Positions 51,831 to 64,000 of a DNA stretch of 64,000 nucleotides are shown piece after piece (position 1 is the first letter of the stretch; each line of letters starts with the position of its first letter). This stretch comes from Trichoplax adhaerens (taxonomy: Eukaryota; Animalia; Placozoa), in assembly GCF_000150275.1 (NCBI RefSeq), contig NW_002060943.1, forward strand, positions 2,384,462 to 2,448,461. The letters run 5' to 3'. The position numbers and the translations under genes are program-made. Under the pieces are notes generated by a model, which was given only the letters and a program-made list of their open reading frames with translations, ran no database searches and was not told the DNA's origin.

Positions 51831-54800
51831 TCTGATTTTAGTCTTAACTTTTCGTATATTATGGCATAACTTTAGTTGATAGCTTTTCGTTGTTACAAAT
51901 CGATATTCATTTTACTCTTATATCAATTTGTACTTAATATCACTTTTAATTGTTTAAAGCCAGTGCCTATGATAGTACTTAATTTAACCATATTTCTTTT
52001 TGCATAGATTGCCTTTAGCAAAGGTTACTATAACATTTCCATTGTAAATTGATGCTTCTTACATTATTCTGTTCAAATATGCTTTCCAATCTAAGCTTAT
52101 GTTGGTCGAGAATAAGTAAAACCAATCTGGAATCGGCTCAATACTTCAGGCCAATTGTACGGGAAATAATCATAGCTTATAATATAATTACAATTATTGA
52201 ATAGGATGCTGTATTTGCATTCCCATAGGATGTAAAATTTCTCATGACTATTTTCATGCACGACTACCAGCCGATATACGAACGGCTGGATCTCTATATT
52301 TGTCAATGTTTATGCCGACTGTACTATAATGATTCGCTTCGTTTAAAGCACTTTCGTTAATTATAAGAAATAAAACTACTAAGAAATGATCAATTGAATC
52401 GAGTTGTTTCAGCGTTATTGAATTTTATGTCGATCGGAAGAGTTTTCTAATAGCCATTGAAGAGTGGAATACTCTTGGGTTAGCATACCTATGGTTGTTT
52501 TAAACATATTTGTACCTTGAGTTGCAAGATATCTTGATATATAAGGAAATTGGTTAGTGGTTATACTGAACGAAATGGAAGAGTTAGATCTTTTAATAAC
52601 CAAGCTATCATGATTTTGATAGATTATGTAGTTAGGTACTGTATGTTATACTATAGAAGGTCTAAATACTACTGCTATACGTTAAAGTCTCTGTGTCTTA
52701 TTATTTACAGTTTGATGATGATTTGTAGATTACCCTCAGTAACTACATTGAACGTGAAAGGTGCAAATAACAGATGTCTATACTATTATCATTATTTTAA
52801 ACCAGAATTTGTATGAGTCTACTTTATATCTGAGTTTGTAGAGCCTTGTTATAAATCTAAATTTAGAACTAGAAAAAATTGAACTGGTACAAACAACGAA
52901 CACGATGAGCCAACTGTTAGGTTTGTCCTCTCTAATATTTACTTACAGTGCGACTGCCGTAGTCAACTCACGACAAGGAAACCTGGGTCTCTAAATGTGC
53001 GTCAGTACTAAGCCTATAACAGCCAAATGTGCCCCTAACGGGTTACATGTAGACTAGACTTAGTCCCTTTTTAAAATAGTTTATTTGGCGAAGGTAGTCT
53101 TGTTATCCAAGACTACTCCAACTAGACGACCAAGGGTCAACTGACTAGCTAACGATATTGGTCTTTTATCGTCAGGAAGAATAGTAATATCGCTAGTCTT
53201 TCCTAGGCAAAACTGAATGCAAACTTTGTTGGAAAAACCAGTCAATTTATAGTAAATCGACATAAATATTATTTATCAGTGGATAGATAATATTTTAAAA
53301 CTACGCATTTATCTATTAAAATGTGTAATACGCCATAGATAAATTAATATCAACATATTCCTAGGCAAGTTATCTTATGGAAACCATATTATAACAGCTA
53401 GGCGAAAGTTACTCTGTAATAAGCCTATAGTATATCACAGTTATCATTCAGGTGTAATTCATATGCATGTTCTGTAACTTAACTTATCTTTAAAATTACA
53501 AAAAATGCCATGAAAATAGCAATAAGTCGGAAAAGCATAAGTATACGTAAAATTAGCCGTGTAGACGTTCATAAACTCATCAATTCTTAATTCTTGTTTG
53601 ACCTGTCAACTTTCGAACATAGAACAGCCCAATAACTAAGGATTATTTAATTTTTGCCATTTTTTATTGTATTGATGCACAAAATAGAGTAGATTATACA
53701 AAAGCATAGGAGAATAAAACTAATGCACTGCAAGGTCTTACCATAGTGTACTACATAGTAAGTAAAAGTAGCAAACCCAATTATATATTCTTTGCTGGAC
53801 AGCATGGAATATCATCACGCAGAGCCAATTTGATAGTGAATAGATTAAAATAAAAACAATTGCCTGGTGGTCGTTCTAAGATCTTGCCATATTTGCATTA
53901 TATAGTAATTTAAAGTGGCTGACCAATTATGCTATTCTTACTGAAGAGATTGGCACATCACGATGTACAGTCAATTAGATGTTAAATGGATTAGCATGGA
54001 CATTTCGTATTTAATGCATTTGATAGCGAGACACCTTTACTAGTAAATTCTGATTTCAAATAAACTAGTGCAAACTCCCGTCGCTTTGCTGACAGTTTAC
54101 GATAATGTGCTCATTTAACAGATAGTATTACCATTTGATAGACCTATCAGAGGTTCAGTAACTATTTACCGTGTACTCTGTACTAGAGCAAGTTTTTAAA
54201 CTTATTTCGTTGTAAATGGTTACAAAATTGAAGAAATGTTTAGATATTCTATTTCAAGCTGCAATCGATTTTTGAACCTTTACTTGAATGCTGGTTCAAT
54301 TTTCCCTACGAATTTGCTGCAATTGAATGAACTAGTACGGTATTAATTTTCGAGCGGATTCTCTTTTCGATTTCCATGATAGAAATTAGCTCCACTCTTA
54401 AATAAGATATTTGTAGTATATTTTATATTTTGCTATTGCTGAATATTAAAAAATCCATTTCCAAAAGTATTAATATTTAAATGATGCTGTCATTGACGAA
54501 ATTTTAGAGTACTGTAAAGTGCCTTGTTGGCTGAAATTTGAAAGGAATTAAAAAATTTAGTTCTAAAAGGTGATGAGCGATATGACGGCTACCAATACTG
54601 ACTTTGGGTAATCTTCACTGTTTTTAAACTTTTAATGAATAATTAGACCCTATCCCAAGATAGGGTTATAAGATCAGTTGAGATATTAAATCGCATTTGC
54701 ACAAAGTATCAGGGTGGAAATTTGCTCATTTTTGTTTAAATATCTCCTAATTTTGCGTTCTATCCACCTTTAAATAATGATTATATTTTACAGACTACTT

Positions 54801-55978
54801 TAGCTGATCACTCTGATACGCTCTCGTAAAAAGTCTACTAGGGTAATCCTTCAAACGTAGTTATCTTATAATCATTATGGCCTCATTCTGAATGAAGTTG
54901 GAATAGTCAAAAACTATCCTTAAAAATCTAGCCATTTTGGCTATCGGCGATATTTGCATCAATATCACTTCATTTAATAATGTCAAGTTTTTCTTAAAGT
55001 CGAGTAACCCTTCTCTATTAATATGTTTATGGTGCTTTACCGTAGCTTATCGATTTTATATTAGACCAATAATTAATACAGTAGTTAAATTGCTGGAACT
55101 ACTCTTCAATACGAGCATTCTTTTAAACGTAGTTATTTTAATGCATGTACACTATTATGGCTGGGCTTTTGGCTCATTAGTCTACGAGATTTTTCAACAT
55201 CTAGTAATCCTACAAGACTTTTAAAAGGTTCCCAGTTTAATTAATATATATTGAGGCTTTTTCAATTAAGATAAATTAATGAATCTATAATTACTCTTAA
55301 AGCCTAGTCGACCACCAATTGTAGTTATTTTACGTAAGTCTAATAGCTCTCTTATTAAATTGATATTGATTAGTCCACGACTTAGTCTTAAAATTAACTA
55401 CTAACCAAGCATAGTGTATTTAAATTAATATACGTCCTTTTAATGGATCACAGTTGAATACACTAGGGAGATTGTAATGAGGTATGCAAATCAAAAGTTT
55501 TAAATTCATTTCATACTTTACTCGAAAGTTCGCTAGCCTAGTAACAACTAGCGTTATTAGTTGATTTTGCAGGAACGCATTACTTTTCTACTCAACTTTC
55601 TGTCTATCTTGATTAATTGCTATTTCAAAGCTTATTTAAATTACATTTTTTAGTCCAAGAGACGATATAGCCCGATGCTTCCTTTCTCAAAAATAGATAA
55701 TAATTAAAATTTATTATGACGACTGCGGTGATAATGGGGTGTATAGGCTGTTTTATCTTTCATTTCAGTGATGCTATTTTATCGCCGCGGGATCGTCTTT
55801 AATTCCCTAGAGTATGAACAGTTGTAGTTATGTTGGTTGGTGCTTTGAGGGTATTTTGATATACGTAGAATGACTTAAAATAGTGATTTTTCCAGTAGGA
55901 TAATCATTCTGGACAGTTTGTAGAACGATATTACCTGATCGAATCGTACTTATAGACGTTGATCACAAGTTGAGTTCA

Positions 55979-58900
55979 ATGACAAGGAAATTATCAGGAG
56001 ATGCTTTATCAGCGGATGAAGGAGATGATGCTAGCCAGCTTAAAAAATTGGCCTCGCAGACTGACTGGAAAACGAATGATGAGCCAATCGATCGGTAGGT
56101 GGATTGTGAACTCAATACATACAAATGAATCGAACAAAAACTATAAAATAGTCATAAATGTGGTTGTGAACGGTTGGAATTTTCACGATTCCAGATTAAA
56201 CTCCTGCTAAATAAGTCTATCGAGTTCAAATACTTTTGTAGAGACTGCCGATTATTTTTTTAATCATCTAGTTCTACCTAATTCAAATGGCTTACGATAC
56301 CGGTACTAAAACATGATAATTTTCTACTACCAACATGTTTAGCTTTCACAAAATAGCTTATGATATTGAATGTAGTTTGCTGATGGCAATTCATCTTATT
56401 ATTATTCCTTATTAACACAACGATTTAGTAAGCAACATCGTTAATAGAATAAAAAGGCCGAAATTGGCGGAAGCAATGCTGTATACCAAAATAGTTATAG
56501 AATCTGTTATTTCATCTCGAGTGAAAAATGAAAGGGTTATAATATTTTCCCATAAATCCGACGGCATATTTATGCGAAGGAAGCTAAAATCATACTCTGG
56601 CCTGAAAAACAACTGCTTAAACTATAGCTTAGGTTTATCAGATTAATTTCATCATATTTCTAGCATATAGTAAAAGTTTGCCTATACTACCAACACTACA
56701 GTAACCATTAAAACGATTGGCAGTGCACCAAATAACGATCAATAGGTTGCATATAGCTTAATTGCGAGAGCATCAGATGCTAGTAATTGCCATTTTTTCC
56801 TTCAGCGTTGCTTGGGTGGTATTCTCGATCAGGTTGAAACCCAAACTGTGCTATTGGTTTTCCTTTTACGACATCCAGCCCCCAGGGATTAAGATGTATG
56901 TATTATCTATCGCAGCTAGCAAAAGTTGCACTATTGGACACAGAGCAGTACACTATAAGCGTCGAGAAATGATTTATTAATCATCAAAAGATCTCTACTA
57001 AAGCAATTATACTTATATCTTTTATCTTATGAAATCTGTGGAGAAAGAGAAAATCATTATAGTAGAAAGTATTTTCCGGTTTATAATGTATAATACAAGA
57101 ATAATGATCAAAAAGTAGAATGCAATTGTCTGTCTATGTGAATAAGTAAACAATTGGAGAGCTTTGAGACCATGTGCATTTGAATAGTTATTTTATTCTC
57201 TCCGTTCTAATGTAGAAAAAGTTCTAAGAACACTCCCAAAATAGCGCCATTATAGATTAACTATCTTATTGTGTCACACTGCAGGCAAGTAAATAATCAC
57301 AGAATTTTTAGCATAGATTGAAGAAAGATTCTATAGTAACGGAATTAAATATTTAGAATACAGATAGAGCCTTTAGATTCTATCACAGCAAAATTGAATA
57401 TTTTATTGTAAAGATAGAGCCTGTAGATTCTAAGACGATAAAATTTAAAAATCTATTATAAAGATAGTATAGGCCTATTTCTACTACTACGAAATTAGAT
57501 ATTTTACCCATAATTTAGATAGGATATATCAATTCTACTATAAAAAATTAAACTATAAAGATGGAAAAGATAGATTTAACAGGAACTAAATTCAATATTT
57601 TACTATAATTTAGATAGTTTAGATAAATTCTACTATAATAAAAAAAGTTCTAAAGATAAAGGAGGGATATTCTACCTTAATCGAATTAAATGTTTTGCTA
57701 TCTTTGGATGGAATAAATAAATTCTACTATAACGAAATTAAAGTATACAGATAGAAGAGATAGATCTTGCAGTAACCAAATTTAATGTCTTACTATAATT
57801 TAGATAGAATACGAGTAGATGAATTTTAATATAACAAAATAATACTATAAAGATAGGATAGACAGAATGTACGGTAAATTAAATCTAATATTTAAAATGA
57901 ATCAGAAAGAATAGACAAATTCTACAGTAATCGAATTAAATATTTTGCTATCCTTTGGATAGAATAAACAAACACAACTTTGACAAATTAATGCTATAAA
58001 GATAGAACAGATAATTTTACAGTAAATCAAATTCAATATTTACAGTAATTTAGATAGAATAGATAAACTCTACTATAATAAAACAAAGTTGTTAAGATAA
58101 AACGAGAGAAATATTTACTTTCATCAAATTAAATATTTTACTATGCTTTAGAATAGATAAATTCTACGATAATTAAATTAAACTACAACAATAAAAGAGA
58201 TAGGTTTTACGATTCTATGGAGATTTCTTCAAGGAAATCCCACCCATTACAGCGTAAAGCTAAGATTTAATCATTGCAACTTTCATCATCGAGGCTATAA
58301 GAGCTAATCTGTCATGGTGCGTTAGTCCTATGAAAGTGGGTACAAAATAGACGACTATTTTTAATATATTTACAGCGGGTGAAATTCTGTTGTAACGTCT
58401 TAAATACGGGTTAAATTGCTTGCATTATTATAAATAATACTTCCATTTTGCTAGTATAAAGTCAGCGTGTAAAATCTTAAAAAGATCTTTTATAAAAAGC
58501 TTTAAACTTTCAAAATTGGAATTTTTAAATTTAGACATAATTTCCGATAAAAAGATCATAAGGTCGACTGAGTAGATATATTTTAGCAATGAGGGAAAAT
58601 TAAGGAAGGATAAAATACCGAAATTTTATTTGTCATTCTTAATTATGATGCACTGCAATCAGTAGACAAGGGTTACCATCGTCGTCAGTGAGGGTGGATA
58701 CATTAATAATAACAAATGTATTAGAAAGTGAAGTAACGACTTTACATTTAATTCGAAAATCTGTTACCAGTGACCCGACGTAACTTGGCTATAGAAAGCC
58801 TGCATTAGTATAATATTCCAGTTGTAAATTATTATGACTAACAATATTCCAATAATTTAAACAGCCATCTTAATATTCCTATAAAAACTGGGAATGTTTT

Positions 58901-61900
58901 AAGTTAAAATAATTCTGGATAAAGGGCAAGATGGATTGGAATTGAAATTAAACTGAGTTTTATCTTTTTGATGTCATTTCTCTTAGGTTTCATATGGTAT
59001 ATGTGATATTCTTTTTTATTGGCATTGGAACTGTACTTCCAATTAATATGTTTATGACTGCTAGTTCGGTATGTTGGTTTGATATGAAAGTAATATCCTA
59101 TTAATTTTAGGGTATTGGTGATTGGATAATCTTGATATCATGAAACAATTAGCGAATCTTGTACTCTGAAGGAATCGTACTCTTTGAACAGTTTCTATCT
59201 GCCGAGATATAAGATGGTATAATATTTATTTTAATTTTAGTACTTTTCAGCGAAATTAGCCGGAACTCGATATCAATATATGTTTGAAGGTTATCTGTTA
59301 CTAGTTTATTCAATTGGTATAACAATTTCCGCTGCAATTAGCATTTGGTTACTGCGATCGTAAGAAATTTTTACAAAGTTACTTATGACTGAATATTCTT
59401 TTTGAATTTTATTGCCAAGCAATTTGTATAGTATCGGTAAAAATTATAGATTTAGAACATATTACGCTGAAACTAAGTAAACTTTTACGTTTTATTTTGG
59501 ATTCACAGACATAAGAATAATTTAGTTGTAGGGTAAAATTTATGTCCTATTTTCGATAAAGCCATCTCCTTTGTAGAGGAATTAATATTTCAAAAATTTT
59601 TCTACACTAGCTTAAAGTATTAATACGCAATTTGATTAGTTTCTATCTTATTCCGTCTTAATGGCCATATTCGATAAATTAATTATCATGCATTACTGAA
59701 TGGATGGTGTACATTGCAATTCCTATACCTGGCATTGAAATCACAAATTAAATATGAATTTTTCTTCAATGATAGGCTTTGACTTGCGTATAAAATTAAT
59801 TTTGATCGTTATTCATAAAATATATCATCTTATACAACTGTTCCTATATGCAGTAGATTGCAATCAACCTAAATTTCTGCACAATAATAAGTATTTGTGT
59901 ATATTTATGTTTAATATAAATTTTAGCATCCGAATTACGTATCGATTAGTGTTTTCGATACTGATTTTAATATCCATATTTACTTTTATGGCTGTATTGG
60001 CTCAAGTTGATACCTCAACCTGTAAGTTAAGATGTAGACTGTAATAATCTGCTATCCGTGAGTATAATTCACAGATCTTCAAATGGATGAGTATAATGAA
60101 AAGATTAATATTATATTATAGCTATAATAAGTGTAATATTTCAGAGAAATATCTATCAACTCTACTCTATGCTTTAAAAATGTACGGTACATAAATTGAC
60201 CGATATCATTTTAATTAATAATTATAACAGTCTAAACAAACGTGGATGAAAACAAAATTTTAATATTTTGATCAGTGTTGGATATAGAACTCATTTATTA
60301 TCCGTATTAACGCTAAAATATATCATAATTTCAAGAGAACGATTATTTACTAAGATTGTTGCCGAAATTGTAGCTGAATTAGCAGTTTAAATTGTTTTCT
60401 ATTATTGAAAGTTATTATATTGTGTTAATGAAGCAATATCTAAATTTCGTTAATATTGTTGTTATCATGGAACCTTATTTAATTGTTTAGTTCTCTTCGT
60501 ATACATTGATTTACTGCGGATATCATCTTGTTGAGATTGACATTTTCTGAGTTGGACTAACGCCAACATTGCAATTGCCACATTTCAAAACCCTGTTCAT
60601 TTATTTAATTCTTTTAATATACATTTACTTACTGTCAATATCATCTTGTTGAGATTGATGATTTCTGAATTTAACTAACATTGCTGTTACTTTAAGCTGG
60701 AGATGAAGAACTACAAAACTAATATTTTGATTATTTATTCTTTCTAATACTAGCTGGAAGACAAGCATTTTTCATATTGACGATGGCCGTCGTTTTTATT
60801 TTTAGCTGTAAGCGAAATAAATATTATTTCTAGTATGCATTAATAAGAATACATAGTAATAACCGAATATTAACTATTAATTAATAAAAGCATAAAGAAA
60901 TTGTGATCTTTAATATTTCTGGGATTGCTGAAATTCCGGCTTTAATGTAGAATCTTTTCATAGCTGCGAATTTTTGGTAGTGCTGAATCTTATTTTAATC
61001 GCATATTACTACTATTTCTAATACTTCCTTTATGCTTTAGATTTTTCTACGATATCATTTATAACTGATGGTTTTTAAAAATGCACAATCTTTCTATTCT
61101 GATATAGTAGCTTAAGCAGTCCACTTATTTTCAGTTATAGCATTGATCATTCTCTCACTATCTTTTATATTTATGTCACGGTCATTACAAAGTCACTTTA
61201 ATACTGAATTTTATCGATCCGCACTATCAGTTTTTGGTAGCGCATTATTTCAATCAAGCTTTCTAGGATTAGTTAGTGTATTTCCTAGAAGATATCCACA
61301 GTCAGTGATATCTGGCATGGTTAGTATTGCGTCAAACTTCTTGAAAGTTGAACAGTTAATCACCGTTTTTTATTATTAAAATGATATTTGTTAAAAAAGT
61401 GATCGATAGTAATCAAAAATTTAATACTTTTATCGCATCGTTATTTGCATTTGCTCTCTCATAGGCATTTTCTGGATTTTTTGCTGCTGTAGGTGGAATA
61501 GTATCTTTATCTGGTAAGTTATTTCTAGCTATTTCAACAATATAACAGAGTAAATCTATCTTTCTATATAGCAAAAAAATCAACTAGAGTTTGCCTCTTG
61601 CTGGACAGTGACAATATCTGTGATATGGTATTAGTTTTAGCAAAGAAAATCATTTATTAAATTCTTTGAATTTAGAAGACAAATGGAACTCATAAATTAT
61701 GCTAACGCTTGGAAAAAACATAAAGTCTAAAGCATAGTAAATAACAATTTCAGAAATAAGTCAATTTAAATTAACAGTAAATAAATTAGTTTCTAACAAG
61801 ATTAATTCAAAAGACATATTTTATTCCATCAAAGCCAATTTGATAGCCTCATGAAAGATATAAAACTTATGGTTAATTGAATATAGTAAAATCTTCAACA

Positions 61901-63353
61901 AACTAATAAGATTATCGGCTCTACCTTTGCTCAGATAGCACTCTCTCATTTCTTGAACGATATCTATTTATATATGCTTCTCAGAGCAAATAAAAAGTAT
62001 AATAAATTGTAAAATTAATAATATACATATTCTAGAATACTGTTAACAGATATTATATAATAGAAGCTAATTATATGAAGTTTAGGAATTAAATTATTTA
62101 GAACTATCTAATAGCATTATACCATTGAGAAATTTTGATAAAATTTTTCATAACACGTCTATCACCAATATGGTAAAAATAAATGTGACTGAATTTTAAG
62201 TATTAAATCTTAGATATTTTAGAAAGACTGTTTAGCTAGTAAATCACTGTGACCTCATCACGATATGTAATGCATTTTTAATTGATATGGAGCTTTCTGT
62301 CATTATTACAAAATTCTACTTCAACTAACTTCTAATCGGCCTAGATCTAGCATAGTCTAGCTAGAACTATGGTTAAATTTTGGTGCAATATTCACTTACT
62401 AGAACAAATTTTAAATAATTTTAAAAGTACAATCAGCCTTGAAAATAGCCAAAATATACATTTTGTAGATATATAACATATGTACAGTATACGTAGGCTA
62501 TATTTAGGATGTAACTATTTGGCTATAGGAAAATTTGACCTTTCATTTTGATACAATTATAAAATTGTTATAAGTGATTAATTATGCAAGCTGGACTAAT
62601 GTCTTTATGCTTAAACAGTTGGACGTTCAATGCAAAGTTTTGCAACAATTTACTTTTCTGCGGCTGCACTTTTCCTTAGTTTAATTTTGGCCTTACTGTA
62701 TTTTACGAGAAAGATGGTATGTGACTTAGAAGAAAGTCTAGTGATTGAATAAATCGAAGTAGAATGCTATAAATTTCTACCGTGTCGTTTTTCAATGATT
62801 ATAGTATTTTTATGATTGCAGGAGTTTGTTCAATATCATTTGCAATATTTAGAGTTTGGTAAGATTTTAGTAGAAATGCTATTTGTCGGCTAATTTTGTT
62901 AGTGTAACTGGTAATAATAACACAAATAATTTTCATTTTAGTTAGAAGCGTAAATTATGTTCATATAAATCGACTACCTATCTGAACCCAATGTAGGACA
63001 GAAAAATGCTAAACGTTTCTATCAATACGAGGAAGAATATGATAGCGATGATGATATAAACAGCAATCCTCAATGTGCTAAGACGCATCAGAAATTTAGT
63101 TATGTTTGGTATCTTCTAAAAAAGGTAAGAAAACTGCTCTATATTGTGAATAAATTTCTAGAAGTCATTGTGTCTATATCCTATAGAAACCGACATTGTA
63201 CGATAATATTATGAAGTAATCGATGACTTCAATGATAGATATGGTTATTGGCCTTGAGTCTCTTGCTATGTACAATGGTCACTTTTGCTATCTATCCTCC
63301 TATCATGGCTCGTGTTAGACCGATGCAAAGTTATCCTCAAGATCCATTTTTTA
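55979..63353 (+). CDS. Equilibrative nucleoside transporter (SLC29/ENT family), 5' portion; probably continues beyond the window
   Basis: Phase-compatible exons 55979-56094, 58987-59068, 59241-59359, 59927-60021, 60754-60807, 61231-61319, 61465-61513, 62619-62716, 62822-62858, 62942-63124, 63239-63353. They encode PIDRFHMVYVIFFFIGIGTVLPINMFMTA, AQVDTS, ALFQSSFLGLVSVFPRRYPQSVISG, SGFFAA, IYF and VTFAIYP, all ENT hallmarks. Confidence 0.9.
57330..58210. repeat. Degenerate AT-rich tandem repeat (about 50-60-bp subunits) in ENT intron 1
   Basis: Recurring attctactataa..aaattaaa, aagatag(a/g)a, gaattaaatatttt(a/g)ctat and tttagatagaat. Confidence 0.8.
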
Positions 63354-64000
63354 GTAAATTTATAAACGTGCATAATTTTATTTCGGCATTATATATATTC
63401 AATTCAATATTATCATCAAATCAGCATTAGGAATTTTTATGAAATAGTACTACCAAGTACACTAAAAAATAAAATGATTTCAGTTTGTAATGTAGTATAC
63501 ATATAAAATATTGGTTTAATTAATTGTAGTTTCTGTTAGGAATAGCACCCGGTACTTTAAAAAGGAAGACTACTTAAAATAGTCTATGTATCCTAGTTCT
63601 ATGGACAGCAATATAAAAGATATCATAGACTTTTATGCAGTATTTATTTCGTTAGCCATCCTTGAATGCTCAATTTATAACAAAGTCATTTAGTTTGACC
63701 TAGCTTATATAAGGATAATCAATTATTTCACAGATCTAATTTATTTTGCTAATATACGCGTATTACACAGTAGTAATAAGTTGATTTGATCAAAATCTGA
63801 CGAGAATTAGATAAATCTAGATTTAAATTCTACATCGAATTTAATCGTAGTGAAGCATTACCACCACCTTTAATAATGATGCCCACGAATATTTTATACA
63901 GTGTCTATCTATATTTGTAACCATAAAACAAGAAGTATGAATTTAAACATTTATAGTTTATTTATTTCTTAGTCGTTATAGCGCCACGTGGAGGCGATTA

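Noticed and set aside
53094-53125. 9-bp hairpin followed by CTAG, resembling a Helitron 3' end
   Set aside because: CTAG is followed by A rather than T, the spacing is short, and no 5' end or second copy was found.

Overview
AT-rich, intron-dense, compact animal genomic DNA with one 50-N assembly gap. Base composition, short introns and gene content suggest an early-branching metazoan, most likely the placozoan Trichoplax; this is inference. The window opens with about 2.8 kb of related tandem repeats containing a fold-back. It then carries: a 5-exon single-pass LRR/EGF-like receptor (+); INTS2 (-); tRNA-Asp(GTC); two paralogous 4-exon tetraspan membrane-protein genes flanking an intronless class A GPCR; a partial DCTPP1 (-) head-to-head with CCDC42 (+), which has a U12-type AT-AC intron; a probable tandem-CARD gene or pseudogene; a 12-exon, about 753-aa internally deleted and C-terminally truncated clathrin heavy chain paralogue; an intronless ADAM10; and the 5' part of an SLC29/ENT nucleoside transporter. 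Several degenerate minisatellites are present, and TACAG/CTGTA-rich clusters sit directly upstream of genes. The best novelty candidate is the intact 'mini-clathrin' lacking the trimerisation domain. Exon models were derived by hand from splice signals and frame continuity. Family calls rest on recalled motifs, not database searches.
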